64,000 nucleotides of DNA from Felis catus (lineage: Eukaryota): the NCBI RefSeq assembly GCF_018350175.1, contig NC_058368.1, positions 74,402,001-74,466,000 of the forward strand. The letters are read 5' to 3'. The translations under genes were made by a program, and so were the position numbers. This document shows positions 37,228 to 50,719 of the stretch, piece by piece; positions within the stretch are counted from its first letter, which is position 1; each line of letters opens with the position of its first letter. The notes below the pieces were generated by a model that did no database searches, was not told the DNA's origin, and saw only the letters and a program-made list of their open reading frames with translations.

Positions 37228-38182
37228 TACCCCACATTTTTTAAAATTCATTCCTCCTTGGTGAACATTTAGATTGTTTCTGTATCTTGGCTCTTGTAAC
37301 TAATGCTGCAGTGAACATGGGGGTACAGATACCTTTTCACGTTAGTGTTTTTGGGTTCTTAGGGTAAACACCCATAAGTAGAATTGCCGAATCATATGGA
37401 AGTTCTAGTTTTAATTTCCTGAGGAACTGCCATTTACTTTTCTTATTGTTTCTTTGTTTATTTGAGACATGGCCATCAGAGTTTATCACTTCTCCCAAAT
37501 ACCCTTGGAACCTCACACCCCATTCATTCTCAGATAAACCTCCGTAATCAAGTCGCTAACAGGATGGAAGAGTTAATTATGAAGACCTTCTCTTAAAAAT
37601 GAGATTTTGAAGAATATATTTATAACAGTAAGTGAGGCAGATCTTTTATGCTGTGAGCGAACATTCGAATTATTATAATCGATTCCACATAAGTAATAGT
37701 ATGCCTGGATGAAACTTCTGATTTTCACCTTGGTTTCTATGGCAACTTTTCTTGGTCAACAAAATCTATTAGTCAACAAAATTTCTTTGTCGTCATCATG
37801 TCATCCCTGGTTCCTTGCTGTTGCAACTTCCAACAAGTTTTCAACAATGTCAGCATTGTGCCTACACTCATTTGAGTGATCACCTTCCTGATTGACACTT
37901 TTGACAGTTACTTAGGGCTTTTTTTAAGTTAGCAATAAAAAAAAGCCTCTGCTCTGAAAACAAAATACTCAAAAAGTAATTTAAAAGCTATAGGTAGAGA
38001 AATGATATAAACACTTTGCCAAGTCCTGGACGCTCAAGGGTTGTGAAATGGAAAAGGTCTAGTGAAGAGCCCAATGGTGGAAACCATAGTTGGAAATATA
38101 GATTGTTAGTGGAATTTAGACAGGCAAAAGATACAGTCACACCATCAATGACAGACTCCAAATTTGAACACAAACCTTTTGC

Positions 38183-38348
38183 TTTAAATGTTTATTTGAG
38201 AGAGAGAGTGGGGGGAAGGCAGAGAGAGAGGGAGAAAGAGAATCCCAAGAAAGCTCCACTTGGAGCTTGATCTCATGAACCGTGAAATCATGACCTGAGC
38301 CAAAATCAAGTGTCAGAGGCTTTACTGACTGAGTCATCCAGGCACCCC
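38183..38348 (-). mobile_element. CAN-SINE with internal deletion
   Basis: TSD ga(a/g)cacaaacctttt. Confidence 0.9.
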
Positions 38349-39310
38349 TGAGCACAAACCTTTTAAGGGTAGAATATATATTTTTTAATCCCGTAACTAT
38401 AAGTGAGTTTGCATATTTAAACCATATTTAATCATACTTTTGTATCATTTGTGTATGCTGTGTTCATGTATGAACTCCCTAATGGGTGGGAGTAAGCAAT
38501 GGCCATGCTGATCTGTCAATCCCTGAGGATCCAGAATGACCCCTTGGGCATAATAATAAACTAGAATTTCTCTGCAAGAATGTAAGACTAATGGGGGCAA
38601 TGATCACATATATACACTTTGAGATGATTAAATAGTATATATTGTTAACTGAAGGACAAAAGTAAGAACAGAGTTTTCTTTATGTGCGTTGGGGGTGAGA
38701 GGGTGCCTTGGGGAGCCAAACTAAGTTAAACTGAAAGAACAAGCAAAAAAGAAAAATATATTGTGTGACACTCTGGACGTAGTACCTTCTTTTGGGTTAG
38801 GAATAACTGCTAATAATCATTAGTACTTAAGAGTCATTAAGTCATGACCAAGGTGTTAGATAGCCAAAGTTCACGGAAATCAAAAACGGTGAGCTATCAT
38901 GTAGAACTGAATTTGTAAGATGTGGGAGCACAGAATTTTCTTGAAGTAGGTAGGTGAATGATCCACATTTCTTTTTGTGTATGATTCAAGGTGCCTTAGA
39001 GAGGCCTCCAGGAAACCTCAAAGATCCAGAAATTGTGCAGGCAGGTCAACAGTACTTAGAGAATCCACAGAAGTGATGCCAGCAGGGAAGCCGTATTTCA
39101 GAGGATGAATCCACTAGATGAAATGCAGTCTACTAATGAGTGGGCAGAGGAAATGGGAGGCCATAAGTTAACTTTCCTGGGTATAAAATAGCTCGTGTAC
39201 AATTCTGTTATGCAGTCTAAATAGCCTTGGAAGTCTAAAACACTGGGAAGAAAAGAACAAGGGCAATATTTCTGTTTGGGGTTAAGATGTGCCACATAGG
39301 CTATTTAAGA

Positions 39311-39530
39311 TATTTTATTTTATTAATGTTTATTTATTTATTTTGAGACAGAGAGAGCAAGAGAGCAAGAGTAGGGGAGGGGTGGAGAGAGGGACAGAGG
39401 GAGAATCCCAAGAAGGCTCTGCACTGTGAGCATGGGCCCAACGCGGGGCTTGAACCCAAGAACTGTGAGATCATGAATGAGCCAAAACCAAGGGTCAGAT
39501 GCTTAACTGACTGAGCCAGTCAGGTGCCTC
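39311..39530 (-). mobile_element. CAN-SINE
   Basis: Flanking gctatttaa on both sides. Confidence 0.9.
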
Positions 39531-39960
39531 TACCTGACAGCTATTTAAATTAAAGGTTTTACATGGTAAGAGTTTGCGTGATTTCAGGAAAGAGTATACA
39601 CCACTGGTATTTTTCCAAGCTTGTGAATGTTTTACATAAGAAAAAATAAATTAAGCAATAATCACTTTGGCACTAGAATTATAGAATATTTTTAGCAGAG
39701 ATATAGGTACATGCTACAGCTGAGGTTGAAAAAGAGGTAATTTCCAAGTTCTCTTCCCAACGGGATACACCTGGGAGCGGATGAATTTCCCAACTCAGTG
39801 ACCCTCCATTAAGAAGAAATGAAAAGAGAAGAGCTTCAACTTATAATAACTAATGCATTACATTGTAGAGGGTTTAGAGTTTAAAAGACACCTTCCTTTT
39901 TCTCATTTTATACTCATGAAAACCATTCATAATAAGTGAGACAAGGATCATTGTCTTTAT

Positions 39961-39993
39961 CACCACCACCATCATCATCATCTTCATCATCAT
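39961..39993. repeat. (CAC)n/(CAT)n microsatellite
   Basis: Direct reading. Confidence 0.85.
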
Positions 39994-40513
39994 CCCCTTC
40001 GTTTTCAAAAGACTGGAGGGATTACTAACAAATTAAAGATGTCTTTGGGTTTAACAAAAATGGGGGTGTTATTAATGCAAAGAGTAGATAAATAAGACTT
40101 ACAAAGAGCCCCCCCATTTACTAACATTATTTCTGAATTTAATGTGAGAGTTATCACTGAACTACAAATTTTGCCTTCAGAATTGCAAGTGGCCCCACAC
40201 GTTGATAATATTTTTTTTTCCTGTAGTTTCAACCGTAAAATTAAGAGAAAAATCCTGGAAAGAAGCTACTGCTAATTTACACTGAGATTATTTTAATTAA
40301 AAATATATTGAATACTCAAAGTACACTGGTGTGTATCTTCTTTGAGTAAAATAATCTATGCAAAGAATAATTGATAATTATACTGGTAACTGTGTGTGTG
40401 TCTAGGTTCATCATAATTTTTATTTGTAAAGCTCTCATCTTGGTCCATTTAAGTCCAAGGTTTACAAATATTTCTTATTCATGTCTCCTTTGTAAAAAAG
40501 AAAACACTATCTC

Positions 40514-40701
40514 GGGGCACTTGGGTGGTTCAGTCAGGTGAGCATCAGACTTCGGCTCAGGTCATGAGATTGCAGTTCTTGAGTTCAAGCCCCGCATCAG
40601 GCTCGTTGCTGTCAGTGCAGGGCCCACTTAGGATCTTCTGTCCCCGTCCCTTTCCCCTACCCTGCTGGCACGGTCTCAAAAATAAATAAATATTTAAAAA
40701 A
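40514..40701 (+). mobile_element. CAN-SINE
   Basis: Head ggggcacttgggtggttcag, A-tail. Confidence 0.9.
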
Positions 40702-42467
40702 ACCACCAGCTTTATACATAATCTTTAATTTCCCTATTTCCCCATCAAGCCTTCATCAATTATATAATAATTAAAGAGGGCATTTCACTGCACCAAACTC
40801 CATAAGATCAGCCTGACTTAATCGTACTTTGCTATTTGTGGTCACACTTTTCAACTGCATGTTTCTTGAACCATTCAATCCAACACCATTAACATCGGAG
40901 GAGACATGCATTGTGAAGCAGAGGTGTGAAGACAAATGTTGCAAAACATCAATTTGCATGAATACAAGTAAAACACTGAGAACTTCGAGCGGAATATCAC
41001 AAAACTCCAAATGTGTTGTAAATGTCTTAACATTTATTTCCCTATAAGCTAAAATAATAAAATATCCATGAAAATGAACTGAGATCGTGTGTTCAAGGGG
41101 AGCATGGGGACCTCTGTAGAGTGTGAATCCCTGGAAGTCAACAAGACTCACCTGCCGCCTAAAGGACTTTCTTCCATCGAAGGGTGCCATAGCCCTGGCC
41201 CTCCAAACGAGTTATGGAGTCTCCTTTGCTCTTTGTCAGTTGGAAGATTTTAAACGACTATATCCTGCTCGTGACACTCCTCTCAATGAGACAGACACGA
41301 TTATTCTGGCAAGAGACGCGCTATTCCTTTGGTGAGCCCAGTTTTTCTGTTTAGTTGAGCAAAGACATACAGAAGAGAAATCTGTGGCCTCATACAATTT
41401 TCTCTTGCAACACTGAAAAGGCTATTAGTATTTACTGTTTACGGAGGTGAATATTGTTAAAATTTGCATTAGAGAATCCATTTAAAAAACAACTAAATAC
41501 TGGTGATTACAATGCCTGCATTGCATTAAAACTGTTAATTTGCAGCAGTAATAATTTAGGATTTTAATTATAAGCTTGAAAAGCAGATTTAGAAATGTAG
41601 CTGGCACGACTAATGTTAATTTGTCCTTTAATGTTTATTGAAAGCAATATATCCAGTGTAATTACAGTGCATGTCAAATAACCTACTATTTTATTTTTTT
41701 AATGCATGATCCCTTAATTTGCTTGATTAAGATGATTTACCATCTGTTAAGATTTTTGTTGTGTCATGTTTTTGTGGGCTTCATAGTTCTTATCAACAAT
41801 AAGAGATTATCTAGAGTATTTATTTCATCGATTCCATAATCATTTTCCTGGGTTTCCCCATTAAATTTCTCACTCTGTTGTTTATCATCATGTTCTCTAT
41901 GCTCATTACATCAAGGGTCGTGTAATGTCTATACCACTAACGACTACAAATGTTGTTGGGAACCAGTGGTGTACTATCATGACAGACCTGGAAGAAATTC
42001 CAAGCTCGTGGACACTGGGTTCTTCTTAGTAGAAACCAGCACAATGTTTCAAGCACCCTCATCTCTAGAATAACAACACTGTTTCAGCCAAATGTGTTCT
42101 GTGTCAACCTTCTTTCCACTCCTTCATGACTGCTTCCTGAGGTTCAAAAAGCATTTCTCATGCAATGCATATTCAACTTTATGAGATTGCATTCTTACAA
42201 TGTTCTTGGCTAAAGACTCAGCAGCATCTGTGGATACATTTGAATATTTCCACACTCTGTGTAAAGTCTCATTCAGACTTAAAAATGCCATTCGTGTCAT
42301 TTGTATGGACTCTTTTATTCTAATTTCTGATGATTAAATTTTACAGTCACTGACACGTCTATAAATAAAGTTCCCCTTTTTGCAAACAAAAATGAACACA
42401 TTCTGACAAATTTAAACGAGTGAGTTTTAAAGCATGTCAAGTACTTCCATCTAAAAATGTTCCTTCT

Positions 42468-42683
42468 GGAGTGCCTGGGTGGCTCAGTCGGTTAAGCGTC
42501 CGACTTCAGCTCAGGTCACGATCTCGCGGTCCGTGAGTTCGAGCCCTGCGTCAGGCTCTGGGCTGATGGCTCAGAGCCTGGAGCCTGCTTCCGATTCTGT
42601 GCCTCCCTCTTCCTTTGCCCCTCCCCCGTTCATGCTCTGTCTCTCTCTGTCTCAAAAATAAATAAAACCTTAAAATTTTTTTT
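42468..42683 (+). mobile_element. CAN-SINE (SINEC_Fc), young
   Basis: TSD taaaaatgttccttc. Confidence 0.95.
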
Positions 42684-42829
42684 TAAAAATGTTCCTTCCA
42701 ATTTACTTGTTTCTACTCACAAGGTTAATAGTAATATTTCTCAATAGTTTTCAGTGTCGAATAAGAATTACATGGTTACTCATCTTACACTGACTCACAA
42801 AAGAAATAGTCTTTAAAACTAGTATTAAT

Positions 42830-43055
42830 ATTTTTTTATTTAAAAAAAATTTAAACATTTATTCATTTTTGAGAGTGAGAGAGACAGAGCATGAGCGGGG
42901 AGGGGCAGAGAGAGAGGGAGACACAGCATCTGAAGCAGGCTCCAGGCTCTGAGCTGTCAGCACAGAGCCCGATGTGGGGCTCGAACTCATGGACCGGGAA
43001 ATCATGACCTGAGCCGAAGTCAGACGCTCAACCGACTGAGTCACCCAGATGTCCC
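42830..43055 (-). mobile_element. CAN-SINE
   Basis: TSD aaactagtatt. Confidence 0.95.
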
Positions 43056-43118
43056 AAACTAGTATTCATATTTTAATTTTAATTGGATAAATTTAGACAA
43101 TTTGTAAGTGCTCTACTT

Positions 43119-43337
43119 CTTTTTTGTAATTTCTTTAATGTTTTTTTTATTTTTGAAAGAGAGACAGAGCATGAGCAGGGGAGGGGCAGAGAGAGAGAGG
43201 GAGACACAGAATCCGAAGCAGGCTCCAGGCTCTGAGCTGTCAGCATAGAGCCCGATGTGGGGCTCAAACCCACCAACCATGAGATCATGACCTGGGTCGA
43301 AGTCAGCACTTAATCAACTGAGCCACCCAGGCGCCCC
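43119..43337 (-). mobile_element. CAN-SINE
   Basis: Degenerate TSD agtg(c/g)tctac..tctt. Confidence 0.95.
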
Positions 43338-43380
43338 AGTGGTCTACATTCTTAGAGTAAACTTTGTCTTTAAATATCTT

Positions 43381-43414
43381 TATTTAACTTTTTAATTATA
43401 CATATATATGCTTG

Positions 43415-43478
<64 letters not shown>

Positions 43479-43608
43479 ATCCCAAGAAGACTTCATGCCC
43501 AGTGCAGAGCCTGACATGGGGCTCTATCTCAGGACTATGAGATCAAAGCCAAAATCCAGAATCCTGAGCCAAAATCACGATTGCCCAATTGAGCCACCCA
43601 GGAGCCCC
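43381..43608 (-). mobile_element. Older CAN-SINE with (TA)n(GA)n microsatellite
   Basis: Ends gagccacccaggagcccc. Confidence 0.85.
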
Positions 43609-44063
43609 CTTTCGAGTGAACTTTAACAAGAACTTATCAGTCAGAGGATCATATAAGATCAGTTATGAAATTATATAACACAATCATTGAAATAATTTAT
43701 TTAATTTGAAAGAAATATTTAAAAGAAGAAATTATTTAAAACCAATGACTATTACATGGAGTTGTTTAAAATGAACTCATATTCGGAGGAAAATTAGTTT
43801 ATAGAAGAGATGAAAACATATTCCCAATGATTATATCATAACAATTTTACAAAGGTAAAGTAAACCTTATTTACTTAAAGTAATGAAATTGCTTTGTAGA
43901 ACATAGTGCTGTCCAAATACACTGTCCAAGTCATGATTCTCAGTTGAGCTGCCATTCAATTAGCTCCTTTAAAAATGTGCCCTAGAAAATTCTACTTTAG
44001 ATCTGTCCTAGAAATAGAAAGGGCCTACTGTTTACCATAAAATGCAATAATGCTTATGTGACC

Positions 44064-44215
44064 AGTTTTGAAATGATTCCATGAGAGTGCAATGAGAGTT
44101 CCATGAGAGGACAATACAGCTCAGCTCTCTTATGTGTCTGAGTTTTGAAATGTTCCATGAGAGTGCAATGAGAGTTCCATGAGAGGACAATACAGCTCAG
44201 CTCTCTTATGTGTCT
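44064..44215. repeat. Tandem duplication, two copies of about 76 bp
   Basis: agttttgaaatg(a)ttccatgagagtgc...ctctcttatgtgtct at 44064 and 44141. Confidence 0.95.
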
Positions 44216-44941
44216 CTTACAAAGACACAAGGATTCTCTTCCCCTATCTCAAGCCAGGTGCAAATAAGAGGAGAATATTCATAATAGGTTATATAATTTG
44301 CTGCTGCTATTTTACTTTAAGGAGAGAGCCTAGAGTTTGCTTCCTTTAACCTAGAAAAAACATCTATTTCCCTGAGAACACAGGTAGGTTTATTAAATAC
44401 TGCAAATCTTTCCATATAGTCATCATTTATTTGATTATATGCACGCAAACATACACACACACACGTACCCTATGCACATACAGAAACACATACTTTTCCC
44501 TTTTGGATTATACAGCCTCAGTAAGAAAATAATAATAGTGCTCATTTATCACATTGTAAGACTATTGGATGCACTATAGAGAAGGTATGGTATTGGATGA
44601 TTCATGAATATTAACTTCAGCGATGGCAATAATCTTTCAAGACAGTTATCCTTGGTCGCATTTTAACTGTCAAGAACCTAAGACTTAAAAGGACTGTGGG
44701 ACTTGCCTTCAATTAAGTAATAGGGATCATGTTGGCTTCATTTTGAATTCTACATTTTCTCTATTCCTATAGATTTTACAGGACTATGTTAAATGTAATC
44801 AAGGATTAAAATTTTTAGCTAGTTATCGTGGCCATGTTTTTGGAGCTTAACTAGGACCCGTTTCAATTACTTATGTGACTATACTAAATATTCATAGAAG
44901 CAAAAACAGATTTTACTGTTATTCTAAAAAATGCTATTGTA

Positions 44942-45126
44942 GGGGCGCTTGGGTGGCGCAGTCGGTTAAGCGTTCGACTTCAGCCAGGTCACGATCTCGC
45001 GGTCCGGGAGTTCGAGCCCCGCGTGGGGCTCTGGGCTGATGGCTCAGAGCCTGGAGCCTGTTTCCGATTCTGTGTCTCCCTCTCTCTCTGTCCCCCAAAA
45101 AATAAATAAACGTTGAAAAAAAATTA
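44942..45126 (+). mobile_element. CAN-SINE (SINEC_Fc), very young, CT region shortened
   Basis: Perfect TSD aaaaaatgctattgta. Confidence 0.95.
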
Positions 45127-45373
45127 AAAAAATGCTATTGTATTCACAATCTGCATTTCCCAATACAGATGTAAATTTTTTAATGTAAATTATGTTTTAA
45201 AAATCCTAAAGCCAAAGGGATAGGACACTTGGCGCCTCTCTTGAAGCACAATTACGTACACGTTGGAAACACCCATTGGGTAAATTTGGTGACCACGCAC
45301 GTAAAATGGAAATTCACAGGCTATGTGGAGCTAGATCTCACAGCATCAAACTCCAAATTTTTACTGACTGCTC

Positions 45374-45583
45374 TTTTTTTTTTTTTAAATGTTTATTTAT
45401 GTTGAGAGAGAGAGAAAGGATGAATAGGGAGGGGAAGAGAGAGAAGGAGAGAGAGAATCCTAAGCAGACTCCATACTGTCAGCATGGAGCCTGATGGGTG
45501 GCTCGATCCCACAAGCCTTGAGATCATGACCTGAGCCAAAATTAAGAGTTGGGTGCTCAGTAGACTGAGCCACCCGGGTGCCC
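45374..45583 (-). mobile_element. CAN-SINE
   Basis: Full SINE body. Confidence 0.9.
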
Positions 45584-47640
45584 CTTTGTTGAGTGTTCTG
45601 TGATCACTAAGGCATATTAGAATCCCTCTGCTCATGTAAATATACTAAACTATCCCTTGTCTGTGTACACGCTCAGTAAGAGAAGGTGACAATGTGACAG
45701 CACACATTTGCCTGTAAAGAAGCAAGACTATTGGAAGTTATGTCATATTTCAGAGTTCAGACGTTAAATAGAGGCATTTCGCAGACACAGATCACCTCCT
45801 CGTAAATTATCTTCGGAGGCACTTTAAAGCCAAAAAACTAAATTTGGCACAGGAAATTACATTTAACTAAAAGCACTCTTTTTAAAAATGAGCATTAACA
45901 AATTAGCGGGGAAGGCATCATTCCCATCGTCTGCTCTCAAGCACTTACTGCGGATGGACCCACAAATCACATTATCATCATTTTCCGTACCTTCATCGAA
46001 TGTCATAGCAACAGCTGCCCTAGTAACTCTGAGTATGCCTTAGGCTAAAGGAGACATCTGTTTTCTGACAACTTCAGATCAAATGACAAATGGGAGACAG
46101 AGATGTCGGTGTTTGGCAAGGTCAGAGGCCTTACCTATTTGTTAGTGTCAGTTGTAGACACAGGAGTTTTTCTTCATTTGATGGACAGACAGGAAAATGA
46201 CTAACATAAAAGCAGTTAGTGATGATACTAATTCTTCTTCAATCACAATTAAGTACGGTTTGGAAAGGAAAACTCTTCTTTTGTGATGGACAGGTGTTTG
46301 CGGACACTTCTTTAACTTTGTGTTGACTTTCATTAGACTTTAAAAATAATCCCAGATGTTTCTCTCAGTCTGACCAACGTAGAATCGGGGAGCACAGATT
46401 TCATTTATTTTGAGACTTAAAGAGTGACCCTTCATTCTAATTTTAGGAGGCTTTTTTAAAATATGTTTATTTTCTTCAAGCTAAGAAAAGACAATATTTT
46501 TTATAGTTTATAGTCAGTAAACATGAACGCTATTTTTAAGAAAATATAATAAAAGTGAATGTCAAGTACTTCCATTTCTTAGTCACATTTTTTTTTCTCA
46601 ATTTATTTCAGCTCAGTTGAGAGTTTGATTTCTGTACAAAATCATTTTGAAGGATATTGTGCTATTTCTCAACATATTGTTTCCTCCCAAAATGGCAGAG
46701 ACAGATGCTGTGCAAAGGGAAAGTTCTCAGTACTCAAAGAAAGATGCCAGGAGCCTTTCCACATGGAGTTTTGATTTTGTTAGGTTTTATCAAGGCAGCT
46801 TGAGATGCCAGCCTTTAGTGCGAGAGCTTTTATGATAAAGAAAGATTGCATCGAGTTCTCAGCAAGATGTGTTTTATCTTTGACACTCCCTGTGTTATTT
46901 TTGCTATATTTCTTGGTTAGGCTACGCCATATTTACACATGCTTCTATGTGCCCTCTATTACTTTTTTTTTTTTTTTTTTGCTTGGGTCTCACATAACCA
47001 ATATTATTCAATGATTTATTAGCACCATTAAATATTGATGAATTTTGAAATCTAGAGATTCCAATGAGCTTATTATATGCCAATAAACTTTCAATTAGAT
47101 GCACAGAAAAGTTCACATTCAAGAACACATTTTTACCTTTTCAAATATGATAGTACGATCTGGGAATAGAAGTAAGAATGAGAAACGAAACTATCCAGGA
47201 TAATCCCAACATCCATTTTGAAGAATTAACTATTTAAACAATATTTTTATATTTTGTTAGAATACAGTAATAAACAGAAAATATTGCTCAAAGCCAACAG
47301 CTTTGAGTGAACAGCTTAGGAAGGATTCATTTCTGATCCCTTTTCTTAAAGACTTTGCTTGTTCTCTTTATGACATATTAATTCATTCCTTTTTACTTTA
47401 TGTACTTTGTTTTAAGAATTATCTGAAAATATTTGAAGCAGTATTGCCTTTAACCTATGTTTTTGGGGGTTTTTTTTGTTTGTTTTGTTTTTGTTTTTGC
47501 TTTTGCTTTTTATGGTCTTATTGTTTGTTTCAGGTGGATGTCCCAAGTTTCTTCACCTGGTTCCGCACTGGCAACAATAAAACCATAGAGTATTAGGTAC
47601 CTATATCTAGTCAAAGTCATTCAAGATCTTCAAATGTGTT

Positions 47641-47867
47641 GGGGTGCCTGGGTGTCTCGGTTGGTCAAGTGTCTGACTTCGGCTCAGGTCATGATCTTGC
47701 AGTTCATGAGTTCAAGCCCCATGCTCAGCTCTGGGCTGACAGCTCAGAGCCTGGAGCCTGCTTCAGATTCTGTGTCTCCCTCTCTCTCTGCCCCTCCTCC
47801 ACTCAGGCTCTGTCTCTCTGTGTCTCTCAAAAATAAATAAGAACATTAAGAAAAAAAATTTTTTTAA
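47641..47867 (+). mobile_element. CAN-SINE
   Basis: Full SINE body. Confidence 0.95.
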
Positions 47868-48419
47868 TGTGAAGCAAAGGATAAAATGAAAAGGTCAAGA
47901 CATTTACTAATGAAAAATATAGTAAAATCTTTATTTCTCTTATTTGGGACATAAGACTCCTATTAATGCTTCCTGTCTTCTACTAATTTCTTTTAGAATC
48001 TGTATGACTCTACCACTGAATATAAATTTTGGTTTTCATCCACAGCAAGCACTTTGGCTAATCTGTGTGGCTTGCTTGATGGAACAGCCAAGACTTTCGT
48101 CCAGGAAAGAGACTTGGGGGAAACACTGTCTGTCAATGGTCAAGTGTGGCCCTCAGGGGTTGAACCAACCCCCTTGTCCAGGTTGCTTATGCATGCATGA
48201 TCACTGAGCCCCCAGGCAGGAAGAGAAGAATGAAGCACACGTTTGAAGCAGACTGCTGTCAAGTTGTGCCTGCATGAGACAGAGTTGGCTGTCTCTGCGG
48301 TGGAGAGAGTGAGAGCGGAAGTCGAGAGGACTGGAAATGGTGCATATGGAACGTGTGATAAAATATTCACTAGTCAAGAAAAACTGAAAACGGCAAAAGA
48401 GAAAAAAAGACACAAGACC

Positions 48420-49090
48420 GGCAACTCCAATAAAATGATAAGATGACAGTAAGTAATTTGATGGTAGACTTAATAGAAACCTATACATATTGGGATCACA
48501 TGTAAAAAGGCGAAATGTCTTAATTTACAGGAAAGACCGTGAGAATGGAGAAAAACAAGACTAAACAAAAACAACCATTTAGCTTACAAAAGACGGATGT
48601 TCAGTATGAGAGTGCCGAATCCTTGGAATCATAAGGATCAAAGAAAATGTAGAACACAAACATAAAGATAAAGTGGTGTATCTCTAATAACATTAAAGCA
48701 AATGTAACTTCAGACAAAGAAGCGTTATTAGAGATAAAGGGGATATGTCATAAAGGTGAAAGTTCAGCTCCACAGGAATATGTAATAATACAATTAGCAT
48801 GGGCATAATATGTATGTTAGAGTAATAAATAAAGCACAAAATAAAGTAAGTGCAAGAAGAAAATAGACAAAAATCCATATTCGTAGTGAGGTGTTTTAAC
48901 ACAGCTACCTCAGTAATTGATGAACTAATCAGGTTAACTCTTGGTGAGATTATGGGACATTTGAATAATGCGGTTAACACACTAGACCTAAAAGACAGAA
49001 GCAGATTAGTTATACTCACAGATGTGCAGTTTCAAGATCACCTGGGTCATTTGCCAAAACTGACTATAGACTGAGCCCTTCAGAAAATCT
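48420..49090 (+). mobile_element. Ancient L1M ORF2 (endonuclease-region) remnant
   Basis: cttcagacaaagaagcgttattagagataaagggg, aagaagaaaatagacaaaaatccat, ttttaacacagctacctcagtaattgat. Confidence 0.7.
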
Positions 49091-49756
49091 TATCCTAAGG
49101 ATAATGAGGCGCCACTGGGACTCTCTTCTCTGGGGTCGCTGTTGAGTCTGGTGGTATTAAAATCTCTTTCCAGTCCCACTTGCAAGTAGGGTGGGACATC
49201 GAAACATCTGTACATCTTTTTTGGTGGCTGTTCCTTTATAAGAAATGTTGATCCTTTACCTGTTTACAACCAGAAATATACACTAGCAGATTTCCAGATC
49301 AAGTGAAAAATACTAACATATTTTCATTAAGTCTGTAAGTACAAATAGAGAATCTATCCAAATAAGAACATCTCCATGTGGAACAATCATCACATGCTCT
49401 AAAGCAGTAAATGTTTGCTAGTATTTAAAGACGGTTGCTAGCCCCAGTTAGCTTCTCACAAGGGATTTTTATCTCTTCACTAACGTAGAAATGGAAATTT
49501 GTATTTTTCAGAATCATACTGAAAAAATAAATGTGAGTCTAAAAATACACACACTAATATATACTAAATGTGAATGACTAACACAGCCTATATAAAAAAT
49601 ATCTAAATATTGTAAGGAAAGAGTGAATGCTATTATGATAATATTGTTGAAACATTCAAAGAAATAACCGTGCTTTAATCTTCAGTAAACATTTTCAGAG
49701 TAGGAATTGTGTGAACCAAAACAGAGCATGCTGTGTCCCTACTGTCTTTGTCAGGA

Positions 49757-49834
49757 GAATAAAATAAAATGAAATGAAATAAAATAAAATAAAATAAAAT
49801 AAAATAAAATAAAATAAAATAAAATAAATAAAAC
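49757..49834. repeat. (AAAAT)n microsatellite
   Basis: Direct reading. Confidence 0.95.
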
Positions 49835-49854
49835 AAATCTACTGTGACTTTAAA

Positions 49855-50076
49855 TTTTTTAATGTTTATTTATTTATTTTTTTTTTTGAGAGAGAGAGAG
49901 TGGGGGCAGGAGAGGGGCAGAGAGAGCGAGAGAGACGCAGAATCCGAAGCAAGCTGCAGGCTCCAGGCTCTGAGCTGTCAGCACAGAGCCCGATACGGGG
50001 CTTGAACCCACAAACCGTGAGATCATGACCTGAGCTGAAGTCGGACACTTAACCCAATGAGCCACCCAGGAGTCCC
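49855..50076 (-). mobile_element. CAN-SINE
   Basis: TSD ta(c/t)tgtgactt. Confidence 0.95.
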
Positions 50077-50339
50077 TATTGTGACTTGAAAAATCTGTAG
50101 CAACATCAGCATCAATCCCTAGCACTCTTCAAATGGTAAATAAAGAAAAACCACTTTCAGATTGCTAGATTAATTTCCACTAACCATAATGTTTATAAAG
50201 CTGGATTTAAAAAAGTATTAACCTACCCACATAGGACAGTAGTACACAATAAAATGAGGTAAGGAGATTGTTCACTCTAACCCCATCCTCAATTTCCTGT
50301 TCAGCAAAGTAAAATTACTCCAAAAAACTTCTAGTTCTT

Positions 50340-50554
50340 GGGGCGCCTGGGTGGCTCCATCAGTTAAGTGTCTGACTTCGGCTTAGGTCATGATCTCGTG
50401 GTTTGTGTGTTCAAGCCCCATGTGGGACTCCGTGCTGACAGCTCAGAGCCTGGAGCCTGCTTTGGATTCTGTGTCTCCCTCTCTCTCTGCCCCTTCCCCG
50501 CTCGCACTCTGTCTCTATCTCTCTCAAAAATAAATAAACGTCAAAAAATTAAAA
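50340..50554 (+). mobile_element. CAN-SINE
   Basis: TSD aaaaaacttctagttctt. Confidence 0.95.
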
Positions 50555-50719
50555 AAAAAACTTCTAGTTCTTCTACTGCAGCTGTTACGATTTGCTTTGC
50601 AAAACTAACCTCACACTTTTCTACACACACACGCACACACACTCACATAACTTAGAGGGAGAAGTAAAAGAAAAGAAGAAAATATTCTCGGGTAAGCAAA
50701 TCAGCAATTTTTTAAATAA

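Larger units (their letters stand above)
36335..37435 (-). mobile_element. L1 3' end (L1_Carn/L1MA9-like), interrupted by two SINEs
   Basis: caacattatatcagtttcaggtgtacag, cctgtaccttttgacccccttcacccattt, tctctgacttatttcactta, gtagaattgccgaatcatatgg. Confidence 0.85.

Noticed and set aside
40771..41190. Longest ORF in the track (139 aa, minus strand)
   Set aside because: No recognisable domain; it reads through a consensus splice donor after 13 codons; length is compatible with chance
42000..42420. Possible Tigger transposase remnant on the minus strand (NVSTDAAESLAKNIVR)
   Set aside because: Similarity too short to support without an HMM search
47534..47596. Possible small exon after a long T-rich tract (tttcag|GTGGATG...TAG|GTACCT)
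   Set aside because: Weak donor; the tract is a simple (TTTTG)n repeat
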